IMG/VR virus record: IMGVR_UViG_3300033069_000592 | Coordinates: 400 to 64,399 of that record | DNA: 64,000 bases | Origin: a virus | Taxonomy: Duplodnaviria > Caudoviricetes | Strand: one strand, 5' to 3' | Part shown: positions 43,282 through 52,459 of the stretch, piece after piece | Layout of the letters: each line of letters opens with the position of its first letter | Numbering within the stretch: position 1 is the stretch's first letter | Notes under the pieces: generated by a model | What the model saw: the letters and a program-made list of their open reading frames with translations, nothing else | Told to the model about the DNA's origin: nothing | The model's database searches: none | Position numbers and translations under genes: made by a program

Positions 43282-43315
43282 AAAGCCCCTGTTGCCACCG
43301 CGCAATGGGGGCTTT
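43282..43315. terminator. Rho-independent terminator-like hairpin
   Basis: AAAGCCCC-TGTTGC-CACCGC-GCAAT-GGGGGCTTT. Confidence 0.65.
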
Positions 43316-43473
43316 AGAGTAGCAGCGAAATACGCGCACTAGGCGATGATCGCTAGGCGATGCGCAGTGCGACACGTCACGCGCTCGCGATACACCTCAG
43401 CACTGACCCAGCGCTTCGCTGGCATGCCACGAATGATCGATAAACCGAGCGATTATCAATCACAAGGTGCCCG

Positions 43474-43502
43474 TTGACCATAAGGTTAATAGGAAATATG
43501 AT
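43474..43502 (+). promoter_or_regulatory. sigma70-type promoter with GGTTAA in the spacer
   Basis: TTGACC-17nt-TATGAT. Confidence 0.7.
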
Positions 43503-43529
43503 GGCCAGGCATCGAACGAGGGTTGGGCC

Positions 43530-43925
43530 ATGAATGAACAAGTGCTAAAATTGGAAGAGGAGGTGGAGTTGCTTAGACAGCAGCTCGAGTCAGTGACGGG
43601 ATCGGAAAAGGAACTGGGTGTCCTGATGTCGATACGCCATGGCATGACAAAGCGCCTCGCCACCATGCTGTTCATCCTGGCAAAGCGATCTCCGGCTGTG
43701 GTATCGACCCAGGCCTTTCACTCTCTATTCTATGGCGGTAGGGATGATGGTGGTCCTGAGCCGAAGATCTTTACCATACATATCGCCCGCCTCCGTGGTG
43801 TGCTGAAGAGGGTCGATTGCCCTGGCAAGATCGACACGGTGTGGAACGCTGGCTATCGAGCCAGCCCCGAGCTGGTCCGGTGGGTCAAGGAGCTTTACAA
43901 GAACCATATCCCACAGGAGGACTGA
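43530..43925 (+). CDS. Receiver-less OmpR/PhoB-type winged-helix regulator, CtrA DNA-binding-domain-like
   Basis: FYGGRDDGGPEPKIFTIHIARLRGVL...IDTVWNAGY resembles CtrA [24 protein letters not shown]...IETVWGRGY; N-terminal coiled coil in place of a receiver domain. Confidence 0.75.
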   Translation: MNEQVLKLEEEVELLRQQLESVTGSEKELGVLMSIRHGMTKRLATMLFILAKRSPAVVSTQAFHSLFYGGRDDGGPEPKIFTIHIARLRGVLKRVDCPGKIDTVWNAGYRASPELVRWVKELYKNHIPQED

Positions 43926-43927
43926 TT

Positions 43928-44350
43928 ATGGGTGCAGTGCTATTCAAGGTATTCGGCTTCGACGTTACTGGCCGTCTACTCTCCCGCGTGGTCTTGGGCA
44001 TCGTCGGTGCCGGGATCCTCTTCCTGGCTTATAGCAAGATCAATGGCCACTTCGAGTATATCGAAGGGCTCGAGAAAGACAACAAGACGTTACAGTCTGA
44101 CCTGACCTACGCCCAAGGTCAGCTCGACATCTCCATCGAAGTCAACAAGCAGAACCAAGCCACGCAGAAGGCGAAGGATGACATCGATGCCCAGAACCGG
44201 GCAACCGCCCAAGCGGAAAAGGCTGCAGCCACCGCTCGTGCTCAAACCTACAAGGAGATCCGCAATGCAATCGATCAAGCTCCGCCGTCCGATCCTCGCC
44301 CTGTCGCTCCTGTCATCACTGACACTCTTGACCGCCTGTGGCGGCAATGA
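43928..44350 (+). CDS. i-spanin (Rz-like)
   Basis: N-terminal TM helix then periplasmic coiled coil; C-terminal PVAPVITDTL. Confidence 0.75.
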   Translation: MGAVLFKVFGFDVTGRLLSRVVLGIVGAGILFLAYSKINGHFEYIEGLEKDNKTLQSDLTYAQGQLDISIEVNKQNQATQKAKDDIDAQNRATAQAEKAAATARAQTYKEIRNAIDQAPPSDPRPVAPVITDTLDRLWRQ

Positions 44351-44606
44351 GCCCCGGATCCAGACAAAGATCGTCATTCGCGAGAAGATGGTTTTTGCTG
44401 AACCCGATCCTGCTCTTCGTTCTTGCATGGATCGCCTTGAACGTCGGCCGGTAAACAGTGATGCGGATATCGCCAAGCTGATTACCGACTCCTTCGAGGT
44501 AGGCGATGACTGCCGAGCCAAGCTCGACGCAACATGGAAGTCCATCGATGATACGCGCGCCCGGGTAGAGGCGTTCAACCGCGCACAGGAGGCGCAGCAG
44601 CCGTGA
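44265..44606 (+). CDS. o-spanin (Rz1-like lipoprotein)
   Basis: AAGGAG SD, ATG 44265, signal peptide with lipobox LTA-C; overlaps the i-spanin 3' end in another frame. Confidence 0.8.
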   Translation: MQSIKLRRPILALSLLSSLTLLTACGGNEPRIQTKIVIREKMVFAEPDPALRSCMDRLERRPVNSDADIAKLITDSFEVGDDCRAKLDATWKSIDDTRARVEAFNRAQEAQQP

Positions 44607-45247
44607 ACCCTTATGAAGTCCTGGGCGTAGCGAAGGGCGCAAGCGCTGATACGATCAAGCGAGCATATCAGTCGAGAGCTCGAACCGCTCACCCGGACAG
44701 CGGGGGTACTGAGGAAGAAATGATCTGGGTCTCAGAGGCTTACCATATCCTCTCGGACCCGGATCGCCGCAAGCGTTATGATGCGACGGGGAAGACCAAG
44801 CCTTCGCCTTGCACTCCCGAAGCGGTGGAGGAATATCTCGCCGGCCTGATGGTCATAGTCGTAACGGCAAAGCGGCCCGACGGTACACGCGACGACCCGA
44901 CGCGCGAGAACATACGTGATAAGCTGCTGCTCAGTATACGTCAGGCGCGCAATGAGGCGAAGAACAATCGCTTCGAAGTGCAACGCATGATCGAGCGAAC
45001 GCAACGCCTGCTGGAGCGCTTTAAGCCTCAGGAGGACTTCGACCCTGTGGGCAATTCATTGCGGCGGGAGAAGGACAAGCTTCAGTCCGAGATGGATCGG
45101 ATCGATGATCTGATGGAAATGATGGACGAAGCTACGAAGGTTCTCAAGACTTACAAATATGAAATGGGCCCCGGACCGGAGGGACAGCACAGTCCGGGAC
45201 CCACCCTCCGCTTGGCGCGGAACTCCACTACTCCTCTTTGGGAGTAG
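44603..45247 (+). CDS. J-domain (DnaJ-like) protein
   Basis: PYEVLGV...IKRAY...HPDSGG...AY.ILSDP..RKRYD. Confidence 0.9.
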   Translation: MNPYEVLGVAKGASADTIKRAYQSRARTAHPDSGGTEEEMIWVSEAYHILSDPDRRKRYDATGKTKPSPCTPEAVEEYLAGLMVIVVTAKRPDGTRDDPTRENIRDKLLLSIRQARNEAKNNRFEVQRMIERTQRLLERFKPQEDFDPVGNSLRREKDKLQSEMDRIDDLMEMMDEATKVLKTYKYEMGPGPEGQHSPGPTLRLARNSTTPLWE

Positions 45248-45602
45248 AGTCATCACCCTGAGCGTTAAGGTCGATGCTACCGAGCTTGGTATCGACCTTT
45301 GCCTGGGTCTTGCCAATCGGACCACCAATGGTCAAGGCAACAATAACCATCAGCATTCCACAGAAGGCGCCGATGAGCGCCCATCCCAAAAGCTCAAGCT
45401 GTTGACTGCGGAGAGCTTCAGGCCATGAGACGTCCTTAATCTCGAACACCAGCCACACAGCGAGCAGGCCGCAGAAGATGCCGGCACCCGACATCAGCTT
45501 GACCATCAGGGCGCGTTGACCCTCGCGAAAGGTCGTAGCGGGAGGACGGCTATTGAAGATCCCGTGGATCCAGCTTTTCAGCTCGGTGAAGAACCACTTC
45601 AT
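45228..45602 (-). CDS. Two-TM membrane protein, holin candidate
   Basis: Two hydrophobic helices; ATGA overlap directly downstream of the endolysin. Confidence 0.55.
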   Translation of the reverse strand: MKWFFTELKSWIHGIFNSRPPATTFREGQRALMVKLMSGAGIFCGLLAVWLVFEIKDVSWPEALRSQQLELLGWALIGAFCGMLMVIVALTIGGPIGKTQAKVDTKLGSIDLNAQGDDSTPKEE

Positions 45603-46105
45603 GCTTCGCTCCCGCGATTAGCAGCACCGACCTGGTCGGCAGTCAAGACCGGCAAGGGCATCTGAACCCCGTTCGGCCAGCGGATAGAGTCAACCTCATC
45701 GATATGGAACGGGACGATGTTGACCATGTTGCTCTGGTTGCCGCCGAGGCCGAAGAGCGTTCGACCATCGGCAGTCCGGCCGACGATAAAGAACACGTGG
45801 CCGCCGCCCTTTCGTGACTTCACGCCGATAGCACCGAAGGGGATCATCCCGGTCTTGGGAACAATCGTCCCGTAGTCAGCGTAAGCCTTCGCGCGGTACC
45901 AGTGCTGTGGAATACCGAGTCCGGCAGCGACCAGGCAGTGGGCAACGAAAGTCCCACACCAAGGAGTCTCATCCTCCTTCCACCAAGCCTTCAGGGTATT
46001 CAGCCACTTGATAATCGTCGGATTGTGCTGCTTGCCGGGGATCTCCCGCATACCGCGGTAGCGCATTGCCTCCTCGATCCAGGCGGGTAGGGGCTTTGGA
46101 AACAT
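45599..46105 (-). CDS. Endolysin, NlpC/P60-CHAP (TIGR02594-like) cysteine peptidase
   Basis: DETPWCGTFV, GGGHVFF, LGGNQ. Confidence 0.85.
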   Translation of the reverse strand: MFPKPLPAWIEEAMRYRGMREIPGKQHNPTIIKWLNTLKAWWKEDETPWCGTFVAHCLVAAGLGIPQHWYRAKAYADYGTIVPKTGMIPFGAIGVKSRKGGGHVFFIVGRTADGRTLFGLGGNQSNMVNIVPFHIDEVDSIRWPNGVQMPLPVLTADQVGAANRGSEA

Positions 46106-46116
46106 AGTTCTTCTCC

Positions 46117-46875
46117 TTATCCAAGATATTCGACCATGAGGCCGCGGCAGACAATATCATTTGCGACAGCACCGGTGCCTACCTGACCGGTAGCCTTAAT
46201 TTCTACGGTGGCGGTCAGGTCCTGCGTGGAGGTCAGTGTCCCAAAGGCGTTGCCCGCACTGGTGCTGCTGTTGTTGGTGCTCCACTGGGCCACGATGTCC
46301 ATGATCCTTTGTGTGGCCGATCCCGTCCGTATGATGGTCCCCGATACACGAAGAAAAGTGTGGGCCGCCGTGGTGGAAGTCAGGAAGCCGATCACCGTGC
46401 TACCAAAATACAGCCTCCCAGTGCGCGAGCGAGTGGTGCCCGCAAAGTTAAAGTTTGCGCTGATGCGAAGTGCCTTGTAGTCCCGGTTCAAGAAGTTGGC
46501 GGGCATGGTGAAGGTTGCCAGCGTCTTCTCGGTCGTTGCCGCGTCGGTGCCAACCCCCGAGTCGGTGAGATACATCAAGCCGGGCATTGCTTCTCGAGGT
46601 GCCACACAGGCGACTGTCGCCGATCCCGTCAGGTTCAGCAGCGACCCAGTGGAGGAGGCTACTAGGGTTCGAGTCAGCGTGGTGCCGGAAGCAGTGTAGG
46701 TACCATAACCAATTTCCCAGGCCGTCCCATCCTCGATCAGGTAGTCATAGACGAAGCCATCCACCGCACCTGCCGCCGACCATGACTGATAGGGCGTAAC
46801 CGAGCTGCCGAGGGTGACAGTCCCGGTTCCGGTCGTCGAGGTATTGACCTTAGCGCGATTGAGAAGGATAGACAT
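46117..46875 (-). CDS. Tail fibre / receptor-binding-type protein
   Basis: N-terminal [17 protein letters not shown]...[17 protein letters not shown]; T/G/S/A-rich beta C-terminus. Confidence 0.65.
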   Translation of the reverse strand: MSILLNRAKVNTSTTGTGTVTLGSSVTPYQSWSAAGAVDGFVYDYLIEDGTAWEIGYGTYTASGTTLTRTLVASSTGSLLNLTGSATVACVAPREAMPGLMYLTDSGVGTDAATTEKTLATFTMPANFLNRDYKALRISANFNFAGTTRSRTGRLYFGSTVIGFLTSTTAAHTFLRVSGTIIRTGSATQRIMDIVAQWSTNNSSTSAGNAFGTLTSTQDLTATVEIKATGQVGTGAVANDIVCRGLMVEYLG

Positions 46876-46883
46876 AGATCACC

Positions 46884-47264
46884 TTACCATAGAATTGAGA
46901 TTGAGCCACCCTGTGGGGTAAGCGGATAACCCTGACGTAGGACCTCTCGGACAACCGAGTAGGCCTGGACTGCGATAACCTCGGGATCTCGAAGGACTTC
47001 TCGGACAACAGAGTACTCGAAGATGGAAGTGGTCTGGGGGTCGCGAAGAACCTCTCGAACCACGGTGGTTGAGATTACGGTACCCGGTGTGTCAAGAAGG
47101 ACTTCACGGTTTATCGAAGCAATCTGAGCGGGATCGGTGCCAGTGAGGGTAGGAGTAAATCCTGCGACAGTTACAGATCCGACAAGCGGAGTGATGATGG
47201 TACCACTCAGTGACCCCCCAAGGGAGGCAACGGGGGCTGAGCCTACAGGACCAAAGCCGGCCAT
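46884..47264 (-). CDS. Small virion protein with VVREVLR repeats
   Basis: Four imperfect ~16-17 aa repeats (INREVLL, VVREVLRD x2, VVREVLRQ). Confidence 0.7.
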   Translation of the reverse strand: MAGFGPVGSAPVASLGGSLSGTIITPLVGSVTVAGFTPTLTGTDPAQIASINREVLLDTPGTVISTTVVREVLRDPQTTSIFEYSVVREVLRDPEVIAVQAYSVVREVLRQGYPLTPQGGSISILW

Positions 47265-47719
47265 CAGCTGGTGATCGTAAAGATGCCGCTGGAGAGCGGG
47301 ATGATGAGCGGACTAACGGAGGCCGTCACCGTGGACGATCCGCCGGCGGTGTTCGCGTCGAAGAAGCACAGCAGGTCTTTGTTGGCGTTGGTGTTATCGT
47401 AGATAACCCCATACTTGAAGACCAATGAGCCAGACAGGGACCAGGAGGCATCCGTCGCAAGCCAGGTGACCGCGTTGGCCGCTTGGCTGAGCGAGAGGGA
47501 CGATAGCGATAGGCCTCCTGCGGTATAACCACTTGCAGTCGTCAGCTCATTGGTCAAGTCGGCGTATCGACAGTCGGTCGAGGATCCCGCGAAGGTTCGA
47601 TCCAAGGCCTGGGTCGAGCCACACAGCGCCAACTTGAAGGCGTGACTATCGAGGTCGATAACCGCCTGTGCGAGTTTAAGCTCGCCTTTGTTAAACAGAG
47701 TCCAGGGACCGGCGGCCAT
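47264..47719 (-). CDS. Virion structural protein
   Basis: IDLDSHAFKLAL...ELTTASGYTAGG...YGVIYD...LLCFFD; in tail operon. Confidence 0.7.
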   Translation of the reverse strand: MAAGPWTLFNKGELKLAQAVIDLDSHAFKLALCGSTQALDRTFAGSSTDCRYADLTNELTTASGYTAGGLSLSSLSLSQAANAVTWLATDASWSLSGSLVFKYGVIYDNTNANKDLLCFFDANTAGGSSTVTASVSPLIIPLSSGIFTITS

Positions 47720-47730
47720 TATCTAACTCC

Positions 47731-49284
47731 TTACGAAACGATCTTGACGCCGTGGGTGGCGGCGTTAACCCCCGAGTAGCCCCAAGCGGCGGAGGTGTTG
47801 GGATCGACATTGAAGTAGGAAGCGTATTCAGTAAGCGAAGCCGGCACAGACTGAGCGGACATCGAACCGGTGGCATCTGTCGCCCCCGATTTGGTATGAA
47901 GATCCACAGTTCGGACACCCGAGCCGACTCGCTGAACCAGCGCCTTTACCGCAACGGTATAGATATTCGTTGGCACGGAGCTAAGGTTGTCGAAGGTGTA
48001 AAGATCCTCCTGTCCCACGGTGGCCGAGTAGTTGTAAGCCACGTCCGAGGCATACTGACCATCATTCTCCTGAGACCAGTTAACCGTAATCCCCGTCATA
48101 TTACCCCACATTACCAGACTTGCCTGGCTCGCAGTCATAGTGGGAGCGGGAGAGGGAGCCCCGGAAGTATACGTATTGGAAGCTCGATAGCCGCTGGCCA
48201 GTGTGTCAAGCCTACCCATATTCACTGAGGTATCAACAATATAGCCAATCCAGTAATCCGTACCGGCCGTCAGCGACTGTGGAGTTACCAGCGGTAGGGT
48301 TAGTGTGGTCCCGGTGGTAGTTCCCACAACCTCTGTGCCGCTGGACATCAGGGTCCCGGGAGCGCCCGAGCTATCCGCATAAACTACGCCCTTTAGCTTA
48401 GCGGTAGCGGAGGTAGTGTAAGTTAGCAGGCCGATGCTGTTAAGAGTACCGGAGGCTTCGCATCGGTACTTCATCAGGTAAAGCTGGTTAGCCCCCGGCG
48501 AGGCCGTCGTTCCGGAAGCGCTGATCTTCTTACCGATGATACCGGGACCCGTCGTCCACTGCTTCTGGGCGTCACCCGTGGTGAAGTGAGTTTCCACGAT
48601 AGGATTGGTGAGGCAGGGGGTTTCTGTACCGCCCGATGAGGTGTAGCACCACAGGTAAAGGTGATCCCAGGAGGTTACCACGGCGTTACCCGAGCGAAGT
48701 GCCATGCCGTCGAAACGGTTGTTACCCGAAGGCGCGGTATTAGCTCCCGTGAGAGTAAGCGCGGTCTCTTGAACCCCATTGATCCAGATCTTGACGATAC
48801 CCGCACTGCCGTGGAAGGTGATGTCCCATTCGAGGCAGTAGATATTACCAGCGCTGAAGATCGTAGTGGCGGTTGCCAGCAGAGTACCGCCATTGGTCGA
48901 TCCCCGGTAGATCTGCAACTTGCCGAGCGAGCTTTGGCTGATGCTCAGCTGTGCAGTTGTGCTATCGAAGAAAACGATCCCGCCCTTCTGAGAACCACTG
49001 TCCGAAAAGGGCAGGTCCTTGATAGTAGCTCCGCCGACGCACCGAGCGTAGGTGGAGGGAAGGTTCTTGCGAAGATCGAAGGTACCGCCGGCACCGGTGT
49101 TCCCCCATCCCATCGCTACACCGCCTGCACTCAATGAGGTGACAGGGCCAGCGGCACCAGCGTTATCAGCCGAAGACCATTCGCCGGTAATAAGCGCCGC
49201 GCGATAAGCCCCCGCGGTGATGTCGGAGGTAGCAGCCCCGTACTTGTCGAAGCCGTCAATGAACGTGTAGTCGGGGAGGGCCAT
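47731..49284 (-). CDS. Lectin/ConA-like tail-tip protein with central insertion (paralogue of 54435-55508)
   Basis: FIDGFDKY start; LEWDITF, WDHLY; C-terminal DPNTSAAW...VN. Confidence 0.65.
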   Translation of the reverse strand: MALPDYTFIDGFDKYGAATSDITAGAYRAALITGEWSSADNAGAAGPVTSLSAGGVAMGWGNTGAGGTFDLRKNLPSTYARCVGGATIKDLPFSDSGSQKGGIVFFDSTTAQLSISQSSLGKLQIYRGSTNGGTLLATATTIFSAGNIYCLEWDITFHGSAGIVKIWINGVQETALTLTGANTAPSGNNRFDGMALRSGNAVVTSWDHLYLWCYTSSGGTETPCLTNPIVETHFTTGDAQKQWTTGPGIIGKKISASGTTASPGANQLYLMKYRCEASGTLNSIGLLTYTTSATAKLKGVVYADSSGAPGTLMSSGTEVVGTTTGTTLTLPLVTPQSLTAGTDYWIGYIVDTSVNMGRLDTLASGYRASNTYTSGAPSPAPTMTASQASLVMWGNMTGITVNWSQENDGQYASDVAYNYSATVGQEDLYTFDNLSSVPTNIYTVAVKALVQRVGSGVRTVDLHTKSGATDATGSMSAQSVPASLTEYASYFNVDPNTSAAWGYSGVNAATHGVKIVS

Positions 49285-51986
49285 TAGCGAGTTCCCTTGA
49301 TTGAGCCGTAGATCAAGCCGGCCATGCCGTTGAGGTTAGCGGGTGCCACGATAATAACGGGCTGACCCAGCGGAATTGAAGAAGCGGCAGCCTTGATGAA
49401 AGTACCGGTCGTTGCCGAAGCAGCAAAGCGCATGGTTCCGATGGACGTTCCCGGCGGCGACTGAATGTCAAAGTCCGTCTGAGCGGACGGCGCCACAGCA
49501 GTCTGTGTGGGGCTATCCGTGAGGGTCGCCTGGCTGTCTGTCAGGCTGGCGGGGATGGTCCAGGCAATCGGCGTATCGAACCAAGCGATCGCCTTATTGA
49601 CCTGAGGACTCGGCCAGCTGAAGGCAAACCCAAAGGGCTGACCCGTTCCCGACGCACTAGACGTAAGATTGATCCCCGCGGTATTCGTGCTATCCCCAAT
49701 CGCATTGCTCGCAACCAGGAAATAGGTGTAGCCCGTTCCGGGACCAATCGCCGCGTCATCATAGGACGTAGCCGCAGCGGGAGTCGTAGCAATCAGCGAT
49801 GCAGTGCCGAACGCCGCGCCAGTACCTGAAGCTCGATAGACCTTGTAACCTGTGACGTTATCGTTGGTCGAGTTGGCGGTCCAGGTCAGGCGATTGATGT
49901 TACCGCTTGCGGATCCGGCCAGCCCCGTCGGCATCGAGGGGACACCACCCGCGCCCGTACCAAAGCCACCCCCGGCGGGAGTGATCGTATAAGCCGTCAC
50001 AGTCGATAGATCTTCGACCATAATGTCAAACATATTGATGGACTGGAACTTCAGGTAAAGCGTCTTGCCGATGTAGTCCGCGGGAAGCGTGTACTTGAAG
50101 ACCGCATCGTCGAGGAAGGCGAACTGAGTTCCCGACAGGTGAGCGCCAATCGTCGAGCCGTTCATTCCCCGCCACAGGCGGGTCAGGTTATACTGATAGG
50201 TGGAGGTCAGCGTTGGCACCTCGAAGGAAATGAACTCACCGTCCACATAGGCGAGGTTCTGGCCCGCGGCGGCGTCAACGGCTGATGCTTCCGAAGCGAG
50301 TTCACCCGCGCTCATGGTCAAGTTGACGGAGAGCGTATGGGCGGTATCGGGATTGGTGCCAACGTAGGTTGCGAGAGTAGCGCTCAGCTTACCCATCCGA
50401 GCGTTCGCGTCAATCTCGCCGATCTGGACATAGTGAATATCATCCGTGGAGATCCAGACGTAAGCACCGCCCCAGTTGACATCATTGGTAGTTCCGTCAC
50501 CGCCGGAGACTGCCGCCCAGATCTGCGCAACGCCACCCGTCAGCGAGGAGGGCGGCTCGAACAGGATCGGCGGATTGACCGGGCCCGGCTCAACGGCGGT
50601 GTTCTTTGGGGTGTTGGTAACCGTGCCGCTGGTGTTGGCCGTCAGCTGAGAAATGCTCGAGGGATATTCCTCCGCGGTGATTTCCAGCGTGTCGTCCTCG
50701 GTCTCTGAGATTTCTCGGATCAAGACGTTGAACGTGCCGAGCTGTGAGTCGACTAGCGTCAGAATGTCCATGGGCTCAAGCAAGCAGTACTTGATCGGTA
50801 GCACGAACTCATAGGTATTACGGATATAGGCTCGCCGCTGACCAATCAGCCCCACAACCTTTTCGGCCATGGAGAGCTCGGTGATTTCCTTTGCCTCGAG
50901 GTTCTCATCCTTTCGAAGCCCATACTGATCGACCAAGCCCTGATCGCGCCACGGCACAGGGAGCTCGTTGTAGTCATTCGCCCGGTTGGCGATAATCATG
51001 GACAACGAGTTGTAAGCATCCGCGGGGTCCGAGCGGTTCATCTTCACGGGATCGTCACCCGTGTAGTAGAAGTCATTGTCAGTCAGAACATACCGAACGG
51101 GAAAGTCGGGAATATAGGTAACCCCGTTGCCCGTCACGGTGTCCGGACCATAGGGGTGGAACTTCATCGAGTAGCCATTCCACACAATCGCGGTATTGCA
51201 GAGCATCGCCCAGCGCTCAATCGTATCGCCGGCGGGGTTCTGCGCGACCAGACAGGGGGACAACGCAAACCCCATCGCACGGCAATAGGTCTGGAAAGCG
51301 CTATCGCCTGTGGTCGTAGCAGCGGGAGTGGAATACATGCCGGTGATAACCGACATATCAAAGCCAACCCCGAAGCTATCGTTGGTGAGGAAGTCTTCAA
51401 TGATGAGTGCGGGATCCGCGTCCTTAGCGCCAGCTCCACCGCCGAGACCCGTGTCCCAGCGAAGACCCTGAACCTCGAAGCTATGTTGGCCGAGAGAGTT
51501 CGACTGGCCGAGGTCGTAGTTCGAGACGTCCACGTGGGCAATGCCGGAATAGCCGAGGGCCTCGGCCGGGTGAGCGGTCGTCATGTAACCCCAGGGGGCT
51601 TGAGGAGTGGTGCCGAGGAAAAAGCTAAAGGCAACTGGAAGGCCTGCACCACCACCGCCACCTTTCTTGGTCTTCGAACCGCTACCACCCGTAGTCGTGT
51701 AGTTGATCTTCGACTGATCCTTCCACACAGTGACGATGCCATGGATCTCGCCCCAGCACAGGCCAAGTTGGAAGGAGGCGGTATAGGTGTAGGTCGTCAT
51801 CGACTTACCACCGCCCTTACCCTGCTTGTGCTTGTGGGCCTTGAAGTCACCTTGCCAGATGATGTTGGGTGCCAGTCGGTTCTGGCCCCAGCAGATCGGT
51901 ATCGGCAGCGCACTTGAAGACGTCTGGGTCTGCAGCCCAGTGAACTGGGGCTTTGCCTTCTGACCGCCGCCAAAGAAAAAGCTCAT
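49284..51986 (-). CDS. Central tail-tip / host-specificity protein (GTA-like) with FN3 domain
   Basis: PIPICWGQNRLAPNIIW, LEPMDILTL, LTRLWRG; FN3-like LTW...VTGYKVYR; TGATG overlap at start. Confidence 0.8.
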   Translation of the reverse strand: MSFFFGGGQKAKPQFTGLQTQTSSSALPIPICWGQNRLAPNIIWQGDFKAHKHKQGKGGGKSMTTYTYTASFQLGLCWGEIHGIVTVWKDQSKINYTTTGGSGSKTKKGGGGGAGLPVAFSFFLGTTPQAPWGYMTTAHPAEALGYSGIAHVDVSNYDLGQSNSLGQHSFEVQGLRWDTGLGGGAGAKDADPALIIEDFLTNDSFGVGFDMSVITGMYSTPAATTTGDSAFQTYCRAMGFALSPCLVAQNPAGDTIERWAMLCNTAIVWNGYSMKFHPYGPDTVTGNGVTYIPDFPVRYVLTDNDFYYTGDDPVKMNRSDPADAYNSLSMIIANRANDYNELPVPWRDQGLVDQYGLRKDENLEAKEITELSMAEKVVGLIGQRRAYIRNTYEFVLPIKYCLLEPMDILTLVDSQLGTFNVLIREISETEDDTLEITAEEYPSSISQLTANTSGTVTNTPKNTAVEPGPVNPPILFEPPSSLTGGVAQIWAAVSGGDGTTNDVNWGGAYVWISTDDIHYVQIGEIDANARMGKLSATLATYVGTNPDTAHTLSVNLTMSAGELASEASAVDAAAGQNLAYVDGEFISFEVPTLTSTYQYNLTRLWRGMNGSTIGAHLSGTQFAFLDDAVFKYTLPADYIGKTLYLKFQSINMFDIMVEDLSTVTAYTITPAGGGFGTGAGGVPSMPTGLAGSASGNINRLTWTANSTNDNVTGYKVYRASGTGAAFGTASLIATTPAAATSYDDAAIGPGTGYTYFLVASNAIGDSTNTAGINLTSSASGTGQPFGFAFSWPSPQVNKAIAWFDTPIAWTIPASLTDSQATLTDSPTQTAVAPSAQTDFDIQSPPGTSIGTMRFAASATTGTFIKAAASSIPLGQPVIIVAPANLNGMAGLIYGSIKGTR

Positions 51987-52459
51987 CAGTCCCTCCAGTA
52001 GGTGTAGACACGCATGGGACGAAGCGCTAGCGGTGTCCCTCGCATATCGCATTCTTCAACAATCTGAGACATGGCATACGCATGGATTACATAGGGCCAC
52101 TGCGTCACCAGCGCCGAGTGCGAATATGTGCGCCCCAGGCGGAACATTAGAACATCGCCAGATTGCACCTGGAAGTCCTGAGGCCGCTCAATCAGTGATG
52201 ACTCGTCATCATCCACCAGTTGCAAGCGCTGCTCGATCTCAGCTAGGTATTTTTCCTCGCCGCGATGCAAGTGCCAGTCCATCGAATAAACGGCTGGCTC
52301 GAAGAAGTCGAGAAGGCCAGCGCCGGAGAAGGCGTTGACCAGGAGCTGGGCGCAATCACAGCCATGGCCCTTGACGCTGGCACGATGGTGGTACGGAGTA
52401 CCGAGCCATTCACGAGCGGCAGCCACCACGCGGGCGCGTTCTTCTTGTTCCTTATCCAC
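51986..52459 (-). CDS. Tail-associated NlpC/P60 protein
   Basis: AREWLGTPYHH...GCDCAQL...GDVLMF...HSA...IHA. Confidence 0.9.
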   Translation of the reverse strand: MDKEQEERARVVAAAREWLGTPYHHRASVKGHGCDCAQLLVNAFSGAGLLDFFEPAVYSMDWHLHRGEEKYLAEIEQRLQLVDDDESSLIERPQDFQVQSGDVLMFRLGRTYSHSALVTQWPYVIHAYAMSQIVEECDMRGTPLALRPMRVYTYWRD

